A DNA stretch of 64,000 nt, taken from the NCBI RefSeq assembly GCF_018350175.1, contig NC_058368.1:155808001-155872000 (forward strand), in the 5' to 3' direction. The notes under the pieces are model-generated. The model saw nothing but the letters and a program-made list of their open reading frames with translations. It had not been told where the DNA came from and made no database searches. The translations under genes and the position numbers were made by a program. Source of the stretch: Felis catus (Eukaryota). Position 1 is the stretch's first letter. Each line of letters opens with the position of its first letter. Below, piece after piece: positions 49,349 through 63,262 of the stretch.

Positions 49349-50908
49349 TCATAAAATGGGTAGATGAGAACATAAAGCAACCACAGTTATAGGAGGAAGA
49401 TCAAACAAAGATTTCTAAGGAATTGGGCAGAGATATGGAGTGAAAAGCCTGGACACATTAAACAACATTCTCTACTATGTCTTCAGTACTAACAGTGATA
49501 GTTTTTTACTCCATATATAAAGAGTCTGAATAATGTTGTTAGAACAATTATTCAGTGTTAACAACTGTACACAAATTCCAGCTGTCAGTAACATGACGAA
49601 AAGACCAAAATATAGATGACTTCAAAAGCAAAAATAAATACTGCCTTTTTGAAATTGAAATGGAGTCACATATCTAATTATATTAATCAACTTCATAAAA
49701 TGCATCCACAAAAAACCTACACCTAACACTATACTTGATGGTGAAAGATTGAATGCTTTCTTCCCAAGACAAGGAACAAGACAAAGATTTGTACTTTTAA
49801 CACCCTTATTCAAAAACACTGTGGTAGAAGGTTTAGCCAGTGCAATAAGAAAAGAAAAGAAGAGGTAAATAAATCAGAAAGTTAGAAATGAAACCGTAAC
49901 TATTTGCAGATGATATGTTATTTACATAGAAACTCCCGAAGATTCTACTAAGGGGGGAAAAAAAATCCTGAAACAAATAAGTGAATGTAGCAAGGAATAC
50001 AGGATACAAGATAAACTTACAAAAAAATCAATCATTTTTCTATATATAGCAATGAAAATATGAATGCTTAAGTTAAAAATACAACACCATTCATAATCAC
50101 TAAAACAAATGAAATATTCTGGTGTACAATTAGTAAGTACTGGACTTATATGATGAAAACTACAAAATGCTGATAAAAGAAATCAAAGACATAAAGAAAT
50201 GCAGACACCTACCCTGTTCATATAATAGTCAACATAAAAAGATGTCAGTTGTCCACAAATTGATAAGCAACTTAATGCTTACATGTTATTAAAATCCAAG
50301 CAAGACTCTTTTAAGATACAAACAAGATTATTTTAAAACATATATGAAAAGGTAAAGAAGCTAGAATAGATAGAACAATTTTGAAAAAGAAAAATAAAGT
50401 GGGAGGACTCAATCTAACCCTAGCTACAGCAATGCAAACTATTGGATATTGTTAGAATGACAGATATATATATCAATGAAACACAACAGAAAACTCATAA
50501 ATTGACACACACACATACATGCCCAAGTGAATGTTAAGATAAATATAAAAGCAATTCAATGAAGAAAACATAATAGTCTTTTTAAGAAAGGGTCCTGGAA
50601 TATGTGAATACCCATAGGCAAAAAAAAAAAAATGAACCTTGGTCTAAAGCTCATAACTTACACAAAACTTAACTAAAACTGGACAATAGATTTAAATATG
50701 ATATGTAAAACTATAACACTTCTAGGAAAAAACATAAAAGAAAATATGCAAGATGTAGGATTAAGCACAATCCTTACATTTAATACCAATACCATGATCC
50801 ATAAAAGAAAAAACTGATAAAACTAGACTTCATGAGAATTAAAAACTTATGTTCTATGAACGATCTGTTAAAAGAATGAAAAGACATACTATACACTGGA
50901 AAATCATA

Positions 50909-51531
50909 CAAGTGATTCCCATTACTCATAGTACATAGGTTCAATGAACTCTCCATGAACAGTGAAATAGTTAATACTGAAATACAGGCTCCTGCAAGAC
51001 TCTAGTCACAACATTTCCATCAACCAATCAATACAATACAATACCGTTTTATGTGTGTTTCTGTTTAAGTCACCTTATTTAACATATATTGATTCATTAG
51101 CACTGAACTTAAAGTCAGTAGCACCATTAGGTCATGTGTGAACAAAGCTTATCTAACATATATATTTGCTCCATTAGCCACTTCACAGACTCCATGCATT
51201 CAAGAACAGTAGATGGCACTTCAACACTATCTTGAAGGTCTTTTTACAGAGAAAAATCACCAACAAAAAGCACAAAAATGGAGGAAAATGTGGCACTAAA
51301 TATCTGCAAAAAGTACCCTAGTTTACAACAGAAGAGCTAAAACAGGAGGCAGAGCATCAACTTGTTTGACCTCAGCTGGAACATGTGTGTAAGGTGATTC
51401 AAAATTTTCACCACTCTGTGCACATCTGTAAATCACTGTAAAAGCACCACAGTATTGGTACTGTTACAAATTAATTTTAGCAAGTATGTGAATTTGCAAA
51501 TACAAATTCCATAAATAAAGAATACTGACTG
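50909..51531. mobile_element. MER82-like Tigger element nested in L1
   Basis: TA|CAAGTGATTCCCATTA ... AATACTGACTG|TA; internal tcacaacatttccatcaaccaatcaatac and gttttatgtgtgtttctgttt; L1 text continues across the TA. Confidence 0.82.
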
Positions 51532-51917
51532 TATTCGCAAACCAAATATCTGGAAAAGAATTAGTATCTAAAATATATAAAGAACACATAAAATTTTAGA
51601 GTAAAAACCCCAAACAATCCAATTAGAAAAGGACCAAAAGACAATGAGACATTTCACTGAAGAGGGTATACAGATGTCAAATAAGCATATGAAAAGATGT
51701 TCAACATAATTAGCTATTGGAGAAATACAAATTTAAATCACAATGGAATATCATCACACATCTATGAGAATGGCTAAAATAAAAAATAAGTGACAATATC
51801 AAGTACTTGGTGAAGATCAAGAGAAAATGGATCACTCACACATTGCTGGTGAGAATGGAAAATGATACAGTCACTCTGGAAAATAGTTTGGCAGTTTTTA
51901 AAAAAAGTAAACATGTA

Positions 51918-52122
51918 GGGGCACCTGGGTGGCTCAGTTGGTTAAGTGTCCAACTTTGGCTCAGGTCATGATCTTGCAGTTCATGAGTTCTAGCCCCAAA
52001 TCAAGCTCTGAGCTAACAGTTCAGAGTCTACACCAGATCCTCTGTGTCCCCCTCTTGCTGCCCCTCCCCAGCTCACGTGCATGCACACGCCCTCTCTCTC
52101 TCTCAAAAATAAATAAAAATTT
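51918..52122 (+). mobile_element. CanSINE nested in L1
   Basis: ggggcacctgggtggctcagttggttaag; decayed TSD aaaaaagtaaacatgta/aaaaaattaaacacata. Confidence 0.93.
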
Positions 52123-52832
52123 AAAAAATTAAACACATAACTACCATACGAGCCAGGAACTGCACTCCTGGGCACTATGCCAGAGAAATAAGCAATTATC
52201 CTGACACAAACAACCTGTATACAGATGTTTATAGCAGATTTATTCTAATAGTCTCCAACTGGGGTGGGGGGGGGGGACACAGATGTCCATTCACAGGTGA
52301 ATGGTTAAAAAGCCATGGTATATCTATACCCTGGAATAATGTTCAGCAATAAAAATAATAATAAAACAAATATTAATACATGCAACAACCTGGATAAATC
52401 TTCACAGGCTTATTCTGAATGAAAACAGACAATCTCACAAGGTTACATACCAACTGTAATTCCATTTATTGAACATTGAAATAATAAAATCATAGTACTG
52501 GAGAAATGATTAATAATTACCAGGGGTCAAGAATGGAGGGCACTGAGATGGGCAGGAAGTAGGTATGGCTATAAGAGGACAATATATGAGATCCTACCAG
52601 TCACGCAGATGTTCTATATCTTGACTGTATCAATTTCAGATCTGTGGTTTCAATACTGTACTATTATATACAAGATGTTAGCACTGGAAGAAATGGGATA
52701 AGGGTCCACTTTTCTAATTATATCTTATAACTGCATATGAATCTACACTATTGCAAACTAAAAAGCTAATGAAAACAGTGAAATGCAGTTATGTTTCCAA
52801 CTATATTATTTAGTGTCTCATACTGTTTTTTT

Positions 52833-53049
52833 TTAATTTTTTTTAACGTGTATTTATTTTTGAGACAGAGAGAGACAGAGCATGAACGGGGGGGAGGGGC
52901 AGAGAGAGAGGGAGACACAGAATCGGAAGCAGGCTCCAGGCTCTGAGCCATCAGCCCAGAGCCCAATGCGGGGCTCGAACTCACGGACCACAAGATCGTG
53001 ACCTGAGCTGAAGTCGGATGCTTAACCGACTGAGCCACCCAGGCACCCC
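52833..53049 (-). mobile_element. Young CanSINE (SINEC_Fc-like)
   Basis: TSD tcatactgttttttt on both sides; gagccatcagcccagagccc. Confidence 0.96.
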
Positions 53050-53725
53050 TCATACTGTTTTTTTAAGGGAGAAATTTCTAAGTTTTAAAATTCATATTAT
53101 TTACTTCAAATAAATCAAATATAAGTTAAAAGAGGAGTTATGCATTTTAAAAGATGAGTGAAAGGATAAATTACCTTACAGAAAAATTAAATAAAATATA
53201 AAAGTGCTTACACAATAAAAATTTGTTTTTAAACGTCCAGGGTAACAACGGTAATAAAGTACTTCATTACTGTTTCTTCCTCAACTGAAAATGATTTAGC
53301 TATTTCAAAATTACAACTAAAATCAAGGTTCAGAGTGCAAGTACAGCACTAATTTAGTTCTACACAATCTAATGTCACAAATTTGATCCAGGTATGAGAA
53401 ACAGTTATTATTGTGCTTTCTGGACATTGGATGCATTTCTAACAAACCATCTGACAACTGAGTACCCTGTAAGAAAGAGGGAAATGATTTCCAAATCTAT
53501 TTTTCCTTCCAGAGAAAAGATCAAGGAGGAAAGAGCAAAAACAATCTATAGATGTGGGGATGGTGCACTATCTTTATCTGCAACATAATGCAAAGATCCA
53601 TACAATTCACCAAGAAAAACATAATCCATTGTCTATTTCTAAATGATATGGCAATGATATATGTTGATTAAAAAGCATAAAGTTTTTTTACAAAGCAATA
53701 GTTGCAATAAAATCTTTAATATGTG

Positions 53726-53992
53726 GGGGGTGCCTCGGTGGCTCAGTCAGTTAAGCATCCAATTCTTGATTTTGGCTCAGGTCATGATCTCATGGTTGTG
53801 AGATTGAGCCCCATGTCCAGCTCTGTGCTGAATGTGGAGTCTGCTTAAGATTTCTCTCTCTCCCTTTGCCCGTAACCACCCCCCCACCCCGCCAACCTCT
53901 CTCTTAAATAAAATAAAAAAAATAAAATAAAATAAAATAAAATAAAATAAAATAAAATAATAAAATAACATAACATAACATAAAATAAAAAT
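53726..53992 (+). mobile_element. CanSINE (older) with tail expanded into (AAAAT)n/(AACAT)n
   Basis: ggggtgcctcggtggctcagtcagttaagc; pentamer repeats at 53906-53992. Confidence 0.92.
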
Positions 53993-54084
53993 AACTATAA
54001 CATCTATACCACAGAATACAGCAAGAAATTTACACAATAGCTTAAATTGACTGAGTTTAATAAAAACAAACTCAAAACAAGAAC

Positions 54085-54480
54085 TGTGAAGGGTCTGAGA
54101 TTTTAATTTTACTCTACATGCAGGCTAAAAGTTAGTGTCTTACTGTTCAAGGATATTCATAGAAGACACAAGATGTAGGGTCTGAAACCTTCTGCTACTC
54201 ATGGCATAGCAAGCAACAAGGGCGTATTTGTGTCAGTCTTCCTTGCCCTCAGGTCCCACAGGGACAACACAATAGGCCAAATAACACCTGCACACACAAG
54301 GTTGCATTATGAGAGGGGCCTTGGGCCAAGGGCCCAGCACTCTTTGAGAAGTCAGCTAACATTACTGTACACAAGCCAGGACCACTCTCCTAGGAAACTG
54401 GCTCAAATCAGCAGATGGAAGTCTTCCAAAGTGGCAAACTCAGCAAGAATGTGCAGGCAAGGTCCAGCTCCTCCCCAACA
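54085..54480 (-). mobile_element. ERVL-class solo LTR (LTR40-like)
   Basis: TG...CA termini (tgtgaagggtctgagatttt ... ccccaaca) with a 5-bp near-TSD agaac/agagc; family and strand from recalled consensus. Confidence 0.7.
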
Positions 54481-54614
54481 AGAGCAATTATTTTTTTATT
54501 AAGGAACAGTGTTTACACCAGGCAGAAGAATTCAGAAAAACTTAAGATATAAGTATTAAGTAATTAAACAAATGAATTACTACAAAACATGAACGTTTTG
54601 TATTTTATTTTCTT

Positions 54615-54646
54615 TAAAAAAAATTTTTTTAATGTTTATTTTTGAC

Positions 54647-54677
<31 letters not shown>

Positions 54678-54849
54678 CAGAGCATGAGCAGGGGAGGGGC
54701 AGAGAGAGAGGGAGACACAGAATCCAAAGCAGGCTCCAGGCTCTGAGCTGTCAGCACAGAGCCCAACGCAGGGCTCGAACTCACAGACTGCAAGATCATG
54801 ACCTGAGCCGAAGTCGGACGCTCAACCGACTGAGCCACCCAGGAGCCCC
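54615..54849 (-). mobile_element. CanSINE (SINEC_Fc-like)
   Basis: Full body; attttattttctt on both sides. Confidence 0.95.
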
Positions 54850-55196
54850 TACATTTTATTTTCTTAAGTGAAATGCACAGTGAAATTAAGTATTAGCCAA
54901 CATCAACACCACACCACAGATCTAGTATATATGTCTTCTATAAGCTAAATTAGTCTGTAGCCAGAATTTACAAACAGAGAAGCACCTCTCTGCCACCTTT
55001 TATTTACCAGTGAGGCTGTCAATTGCTATAAAATATGACTTAACTTTAGAAGTGTGAAACAGGAGTTGGACAAGTAGTAGGAGAAGTGTATGAGAACCAG
55101 CTGGGAATAAAGAAGGTTAAAATTTCTAAAAATATTTCCAAAGACCAGGCAATATAGCCCCACAAAATCTCATACCTCACCAAAACAAGGTATTTG

Positions 55197-55361
55197 GTGC
55201 CTCTCAAATTTTAATGTGCATATTAATCACTTGGAAATAGTATTAAAATATAGACTGATTCAGTAGGTCTAGGGTGAGGCCTGGGAATGGGAATGGACAT
55301 TTCCAGTAAGCTACCAGACTTTGGCTATACTGCTTAGCCTAGGTCCACTTTCAGTAGCAAG
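55197..55361. mobile_element. MER5-like hAT-Charlie MITE
   Basis: ctctcaaattttaatgtgcatattaatcacttgg...ctgattcagtaggtctagggtgaggcctg...ccactttcagtagcaag. Confidence 0.78.
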
Positions 55362-56574
55362 AATTGGAAGACTTTCACCGACCACCAAACCATTGCCTAG
55401 CCAAACTCTGTTGTGGTGCATTACTCTCTAAATTTGTTCAACAATGAGATTTTGAAATTTTGTCACTGAAAAAAAAAAAAAAATCACCTTACTCATGTAT
55501 ACTGTCTTTAAGTTGTGACTAATAATAATTAAAAATTTTACTTTCAAGTAGTGTTAAATCTATTCATATGATTATATGTTCTATATAGTATATCTGTGTG
55601 CTTTTCTCCACATAAAAATATTTGCAGCATATTGGCCCTCAAGATTATCTTAATGTAGTTCTTAATTATCTTCTGGTATAAGATCTATGTATAAAGGTAG
55701 TACTGATTCCAACTTCAATTAACCAATTTAGCTCACAATGTGCTCTTCCTGCTGCTAGTATTAAGAATAAACCTAAATATATAATTCATTTCTTGGCACT
55801 TTTTAAAAGGTCTTTTGATAACATTTGAGCAATATGTAGGTTTCTGTACAAGTTCAGAGAATAAACTCATTTTAACAGGGTTTTGAAAACTTGCATCTTG
55901 AGAATAAACTAATTTGATTTCTGGAAAGAAATGTCAGGATCATGTATTAAGTATTATGCCTCTCAAAATTAGATTTGTCTTTATAAATCCTTAATCCCAA
56001 GAAATATGACTCTATAAGAGAATAGTGGCAAATGCATCTGTTCACATATAAAAAGTTTGTCTACCTTCCTCAAACATCTTCCTCAAATTATTTAGACTAT
56101 TAATTTAAAGGATACTATTCAGAATTAAGCATTCCTATACAAAACAACATAAGAGTTACAAGTATAGTAAAAAAAAAAAAGGATACATTTAAAAAAGAAC
56201 AGCTTCCACATGCTTTCAATAAATGGATCAATATATCAATAATACACATAAATTGTCATTATTTCCTTTTGTGATTTTGCTACTCAAAATTCCTCAATAG
56301 AAGAAGTCTAGATAACAAGACCTAGAGATCTCATCAAATAAAAATAGGATCTGACTGTCTAAAAAATATTTTTAAAGGAGCTAATCAATACATATTCAAT
56401 AGCCTTGATGAATGATAAAACTGATAAGTAAAAAATTACTCCACAAATTATCTCTCTTGAGCTGGCTAAAATACAACATCCAAATGTTGAAAAAGGTAGA
56501 TTTTAAGACAACAAAGACAAGCAAGCAAACATTCCACACCCTATTTTTTGCCTTTATATTTACATAAAATATTT

Positions 56575-56825
56575 CTTTTTTATTTCAAACTTTTAGTTAA
56601 ATTCTAGTTAGCTAACATATATGGTAATATTGGTTTCAGGAGTAGAATGTAGTGATTAATCATTTACATATAACACCTCAACACAACACAACAAGTGCTA
56701 TAAGAAGCTCAACACAACAAGTGGCCTCTTTAATACCCATCACCCATTTAGCCCTCCCCTACCCACCTCTATAGTTCTCTTTAGTTAAGAATCTCTTATG
56801 GTTTGCTTCCCTCTCTCTCTTTTTT
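56575..56825 (-). mobile_element. Short carnivore L1 3' end
   Basis: aattctagttagctaacatatatggtaatattggtttcaggagtagaat...taatacccatcacccatttagcc; decayed TSD tatttacataa/tatttatataa. Confidence 0.85.
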
Positions 56826-58740
56826 AATATTTATATAACAAATTTTTAAATACACTATTTTTTTCTCATACTAAAACCAGACCTATCTTGAAGAGTTAAA
56901 ATCTACATTAACATAACTATAATTTCTTCAGTGTGACCTTTATAAATGTTTGGTACTTTACCATTGATGCAATCTGTGTTTATAGTTTTGAGAAGGGATT
57001 TTTTTTACTGTTTCTTTAATAATATAAAATTAAAACAACCTATTCAGGTTACCTCTTTCTTCTTTAGTAAGATTTTATAGTTTGTATTTTTGAAGGATTT
57101 TGTTCATTTTATCTCTGTTGTTGGATTTATTGGCATAGAGTTATTCATAGTATTCCCTTACTATCCTTTTAATATCTGTATAATATGTAGTGCTATCCCT
57201 TCTCTTACACCTAAAATTATCTATTTGTAGCTAATGGCTGGGGCTTTATCAAATTTTCTGATAACATCAAAGAACCAGCTCTTGGTTATTGTTTTGTTTT
57301 CTTAGTGCTTTTCTGTTTTATATTTATTTCATTTTCATTCTTTATTTCTTCTACTTTCAATTTCATTTGTTTTTCTTTATTTTCTTAAGGTGGAAGCCTA
57401 GGTTATCATTCTTAAACCTTATTATGTTTCTAATATAAATAGCTAATGCTATAAATGCTCCTGTAAACACTGCTTTAGCTGCACCCCCACTAGTTTTAAT
57501 ATGTTGTATTTCCATTTTCACTATATTAAATAAACTTTCTAATTCTCCTTGTAATTTCTTCTTTGACTGTCAGGTTATTCAGAATTGCATTGTTTAGATT
57601 TGAACAATAAAACTGGGTTTTTCCATATAACTCTCCATCAGAAAGAATGTACTGTATATATGATCACTTTTTATGACTTGAATCCTTTATGACTTGAATC
57701 CTTGCATTATGGCCAAGAGTGTGGTCTATTTTATTTTAGGTGTATTCTTAGGTTAAATGGAATATTCTAAAAATATCAATTTGATGACATTACATAATAT
57801 TGTTCAAATTTTCTATATGCTCATTGATTTTCATCTACTTTTTCTGTGAGTTATTAGGAAGGATACTGAAATCTCTGGTTGTAACTACATTTATCCACTT
57901 CTTTCAGTTCTATCAGTTTTTGCTCTATGCATTTTAAAGGTCTGTTATTAGGTCTACAAACTTTCAGAATTATTATAACTCCTCTTTTATGATTATTATA
58001 ACTATTATAAACTACTCTTGATAGTTAATTCATTTATCATGATTAAATGACCCTGTCTAGCCCTAGTAACATTATTTGCTCTGGAATCTAATTTTTCTGA
58101 TATGAAGATAATTGTTCCAGCTTCCATGTGATTAGTGCTAACATGGTATCATTTTGCCATGTTTTTATTTTTATACATTGTGTCTTCATATTTAAAGCAG
58201 GTTCTTAAAAATAGCATAAGGCTAAGCTGCCTTTTTATTCCAATATGACATTCTCTGCCCTTTAGTTGGGTTTTTTTAGACCATTTACATTTAAAATAAT
58301 TGTAATATTGTTGAATTTAAATCTGACTTCTTGCTATTTCTCTGAGGTCTTCCTTGTTCCCTTTTTGCTCATTTCCAGGCTTCTTTTATACTGAGTTTTT
58401 TAGATGTATCATTTTACCTCCAATATTAATTTATTAACTAAATATCTTTGTGTTATTTTTTCATCAAGTTAGTCCACAATTCACTGTATATATTTTTAAA
58501 GTATCAGAGTTTGTCTTCATGTTACATCATTTCACATAGAGAAGAAATTTACAATACATTCATTTCTCTCTTCTCAACCTTTTTGCTATAATCATACACT
58601 TTATCTGTACATATACTTTAAAGTCTACAATGCATTATAATTATTTTTGCTTAAAAAGTCAATTATCTTGTTATCAGCTTTACTGAGTTATAATTTAATA
58701 CAATAAAATTCATCTTTTTGAACTGTACAATTCAGTGGTT

Positions 58741-58950
58741 CTTTTCTTTTTAAGGTATATTTATTTTGAGAGAAAGACAGCATGCATGAGCAGGGCAGGG
58801 GTAGAGACAGAGGGAGAGAGAGAATCCACAGCAGGCCTCATGCTGTCAGTGCAGAGCTCAACACAGGGCTTGATCCCAAGAACTGGGAGATCATGACCTG
58901 AGCCGAAATCAAGAGTCAGAAGCCTAAATGACTGCGTTACCCAGGTGCCC
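58741..58950 (-). mobile_element. CanSINE (older) nested in the L1MB-like element
   Basis: gatcatgacctgagccgaaatcaagagtc...acccaggtgccc. Confidence 0.92.
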
Positions 58951-59149
58951 TATAATGTTTCTTAACACAGTCACACAATTATGAAAACATCAACACTATC
59001 TAAATTTAGAACATTTCTATCATGCCCCAAAAGAAATACCTGCCCACGAGTAGTCACTCCCTATTCTTCCCTATTCCTAAAGTCTTGTAATTTATTTTAC
59101 GTTTCTATTATATTTGCCTCTTCTGGATATTTCATACATTAGAATAACT

Positions 59150-59151
<2 letters not shown>

Positions 59152-59203
<52 letters not shown>
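59152..59203. repeat. (TG)n microsatellite
   Basis: Directly visible, perfect repeat. Confidence 0.97.
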
Positions 59204-59204
<1 letters not shown>

Positions 59205-60216
59205 TGGTTTCTTTCATTTGCATAATGTTCTCAAAATTCATTCTTATTCCAGCACGTATCAGTACTTCATTAATTTTTACTGCCAAATATCATTTATCTG
59301 TATGGATATATATTTTGTTTATCCACTCATCAGATGACAGACCTTTGGGTTGTTTCCACTGTTTGGCTCTTATGAGTAAGACTGCTATGAACATTTACAT
59401 ACAAGTTTTATGTGGACATAGGTTTTTAATTCTCTTAGATATATACTTAGGATTGGGATCTGTGGGTCATACAGTAACTCTATGGTCATATGGTTTAATA
59501 TATTGAGGAGCTTCCAAACTACTTTCTAAAATGACTTCACCATGTTACAATCCCACTTACAATGCATGAAGGATCTGATTTCCTCAACATCCTCACCAAC
59601 ATTTGTTACTAACTTTCTATTTGGTTATAACCATGTTAGTGGATGTAAAGTGAAATCTGATGGTTTTTATTTGTATTTCCCTAATGACTAATGATGTTGA
59701 GCATCTTTTCATTCATTTGGTGGCTATTTGTGCACCTTCTACTCAAAAATATTTATTCAGACTTTTTGCCTACTGTAATTGTGTCAACTCTCTTTTAAAG
59801 AAATTTTGTATATATTAAAAAACACATATTTACTCACATATTTACCATTTACCATGTTCACCATTCTTTTGTACAGACATAAATTTCCATCTGGTATCAT
59901 TTTTCCTTCTGCCAGAGGATCTCCATCAATATTTTGTGTAATAATTATCTGATGTTGATGAATTATTTCAGCTTTTATATGCCTAGAAAGTTGTTTATTT
60001 AGCCATCAGTTTCAAATAGTACTTCTGCTGGTAACATAACTCAAGATTGATTTCTTGCTTTTGGAACTTTGAAGTTGAAACTCTAGTATCTTCTGGCTTG
60101 CACTACTTCTAATGAAAAATCTATTATCACTGTTATTTTTATTTCTCTAAATCTAAGGTATCTTTTTATCTCTACCTGCTTTTAGGAATTTCTCACTAGT
60201 TCTTAGTAATTTTATT

Positions 60217-60310
60217 TTTAAGTAGGCTCCATACCCAAGGTAGGCCTTGAACTCACGACTCTGAAATCAAGAGTCGGATGCTCTACCAACTGAGCCAGTC
60301 GGGTAGCCCC
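60217..60310 (-). mobile_element. Short CanSINE
   Basis: taagtaggctcc...ttgaactcacgactctgaaatcaagagtcggatgctctaccaactgagccag; TSD agtaattttatt/agcaattttatt. Confidence 0.88.
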
Positions 60311-62775
60311 AGCAATTTTATTACATTGTGACTATGTAATTTTCTTCAAGTTTATGCTGTTTTGGGTTTACTGTACCTCTTAAGTCTTGGGTTTATAATT
60401 TCCATCAAATTTGGAAAACTTTCACTCATTATTTCTTCAAGCATTTTTTTCTGTCAAACATTTCCTCTCCTGCTGGCACTCCAATAATTAATATCTAAAG
60501 CCTCTTAATATTGTCCACAACTCTGTTCCTTATTTTCGTTCTTTTCTTCTTTTCTGTTTCATTTTGGGTGGCTTCTATTGTTATGCTTTAAGTTCACTTA
60601 TCTTTATTTTTGCAGTGTCAAATCTGCTATTAATCTCATCCACTGTATTTTTCAAATCAGTTATTATTCTTTTCATCTCTTAAAGTTCAATTTGGACCTT
60701 TATTATATCTTCTATTTCCCTCCTTATCATGCTCATGCACTTCTCTATCTTCTTGAACTATGACATATATCTGTAATAGAACGTTTAATGTTCTTATCTA
60801 CTAATTCTATCCTATGTATCATTTTTAATTTATTTCTATTGATCGAAATTTCTCCTGGTTACAGGTCAGATCTTCCACTTTTCTTCCTGCCTGGTAATTC
60901 TGATTGGATGCCAGACACTGTTTATGTTGACTGCTGGATTTTACTGTATTCCTTAAAATATCCTGAGGCTTTATTCTGGGATTGTGGAATGCAGTTAAAT
61001 TACTTTGATACTGTTTAGCTCTTGTGAGGATGTTTTTAAGCTTTACAGAAGCAATTCTTGAATAGCCTTTAGTCTGCAGTTAATTTAATTCCAGCACTAA
61101 TGCAATGCTCCTCTGAGAAATACCAAATGTCGCATGTGTAGATCATTTCACTATCATTCATGGACACACAAACTATTCCTGGCCCAAGGAAAACTTTAGA
61201 AATTGTTTTGCCTGTTCCTTTCCAGTAGTTTATCCCTGTCTATAGCAGATTACTAAAGCATACATGTTAGTAGATTGTTCATGCACACACTGCTCAATAC
61301 TCAGCCAAAAAACTGAAGGTAAGCCCACAAGATCTCCAGAGCATTTTCTCTTTTTGGTTCTGTCCAGCTTTCTCCTTTCCAGTATATTGCCCCACAAATT
61401 TGAGCAAATCCTAGCCAGGTTGGCCTCCAAACTCTAAACTCTGTCTCAGCAACTCAGTGACACCTCCAGGCTATGTTTCAGTTTCCTCTCCTTATGTTGT
61501 AGCCTGGAGCCTCTCCACAGGCAGTGAGCTATTGTGCAATGTCTGAAAACTATTGTTTCATACGTTTTCTCTGGCTTTTTATTTATTTAAGTCAGGGGAA
61601 AAATTCTTTCCCTCTTACTCTAATTTGGCTGGGAGTAGAAGTCCTATACACTTTTAGGAATATGAACATTCATTTACCAATTTTCTTTCATATAACCAAG
61701 GCCTTTTTGTTGAGTATTATTCTACTGCCTAGAATTCTGGGGTGTTGTCTTTCTTACATGTCACACCCATTATGCTACATCTATGATTTCTAAGTTACTT
61801 TCTTTAAAGTGGGTAGAACACATTGTAAATATTTAAGAAACACTTGTAATGAGTGCAAGTGTCTTTGAACTTTATAGTTTTCTACACACACACACCACAA
61901 TTTCTTATACTAATTACATTCATGGTTTCTTTCAGTACTTGCCTTTATTCAATCTTTCCTAATTATACAACTTTGTTTTCATAAAAACAAAAATCCTTTT
62001 TCTTTCAGTTTTCTTGGGTTCATAGAATTATAATGAAAAGCACACCTGGAATACATAAGTTTGGGAACAAAATCATCTGGAGGTAAAGAAACATAGACTA
62101 CTAGAGAATATCCAACACTAGCCACAATATTTAGGGTGAACTAGTCATTCAATAAGTTAGTGGGACAAGAGTCAGAAGTTCATTAATAAAGCTTCCTCTA
62201 AATAATCAAATTGTTTCAGATACTTTAAGGACTATTAGCGTTTTTTAAATACTTAAGAGAATAATCTGTTCACCAAAGAAAATAAGTCTCATATAAAATT
62301 GCATTTACTTAGAAAACCCTATAACCCAAAAAGGAGATTGTGCCAGGAAATCTCACCACCTTTCCTAATAAAGGTAATAATGTGAAAATAAAAAATACAG
62401 ATTCTGACAGGAATTTTGATTAAGACAAAAGGTGAAGTTTGTGTGATAGTACTATAAAAAGACCAGGTGAGAGGGATGGTGTAGACAATGTCTCAGACAT
62501 CAGTAAGTGATGTTCACAGTATGGCAATAATATAACACACACACTTCAGAAAGCATGGCCATGTATGAATCTATACCAATTAATCAGTTATTTTTAAATA
62601 ACAAAATACAGCATATTATCTGTATAACTTTAAAATGGCAACTCAGCTAGATTTTCATGGAGAACTATTACAAACAAGGATCTTAACTTGGATTGTAAAC
62701 ATTACAATCTCCAAATTATCCTTTAATAAAGACCTAATTTATAAAAAATTATTTTATAAAGAAAAGATTACTTTC

Positions 62776-62803
62776 TTTTTTTTAATGTTGGTTTACTGGA
62801 GGG

Positions 62804-62844
<41 letters not shown>

Positions 62845-62977
62845 AGGGAGAATCTCAGGCAGCCTCCACTGCTCAGTGAGAAGCCTCACACGGGGCTTGA
62901 TCTCACAATGGTGAGACCAGGACTTGAGCTGATATCAAGAGTCAGACCCTTAACCAACTGAGCCACCCAGGTACCCC
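62776..62977 (-). mobile_element. CanSINE (older)
   Basis: (GA)n; taaccaactgagccacccaggtacccc; decayed TSD aaagattactttctt/aaagatgatcttctt. Confidence 0.92.
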
Positions 62978-63046
62978 AAAGATGATCTTCTTAAATGCTC
63001 AACTTACTTCATTAAAAGAACTTACTATGTTTAAAATATTGATATA

Positions 63047-63225
63047 GGGGCACCTGGGTGGCTCAGTCGGTAAATGTCTGACTCTTGATTTCAGCTTAGG
63101 TCATGTTCTCACCATGGTGAGATGGAATCCCGTATTGGGCTCAGTAATGGGCATGGGGCCTGCTTGGGATTCTCTTCCCCTTGCTCTCTACCCCTCCCCC
63201 CCTCTCAAAATAAATAAATAAAAAC
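63047..63225 (+). mobile_element. CanSINE (older)
   Basis: ggggcacctgggtggctcagtcgg; cctgcttgggattctct; A tail. Confidence 0.92.
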
Positions 63226-63262
63226 TTAAATTACTGACTTACAGCATTACAAAGAATGGCTT

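Larger units (their letters stand above)
49700..52770 (+). mobile_element. Old L1 (L1MC1-like), 3' half of ORF2 plus 3'UTR, decayed
   Basis: RT motif ctatttgcagatgatatg (LFADDM) at ~49901; caggatacaagataaac; aagcatatgaaaagatgttcaacat; 3' end ataactgcatatgaatctaca. Confidence 0.9.
58672..59780 (-). mobile_element. L1MB-like 3' end nested in the older L1
   Basis: cagctttactgagttataattt...ctgtacaattcagtgg; tttgggttgtttccactgtttggct; tttccctaatgactaatgatgttgagcatcttttcat. Confidence 0.8.
56900..61650 (-). mobile_element. Large old L1 (ORF2 5' region, ORF1, 5'UTR) interrupted by younger elements
   Basis: catcaaagaaccagctcttgg; gctataaatgctcctgtaaacactgctttagctgcacccc; ttccatcaaatttggaaaactttcactcattatttcttcaa; tgattggatgccagaca. 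Confidence 0.8.

Noticed and set aside
14718..54871. Recurrent ~60-100 aa ORFs of the MAQSVKRPTSAQVMIS... and RETEHERGRGRERGRHRI... types
   Set aside because: Translations of CanSINE copies on either strand, not a gene family.
59114..59506. 130-aa ORF with a (CV)n tract
   Set aside because: (TG)n microsatellite within an antisense L1 3' region.
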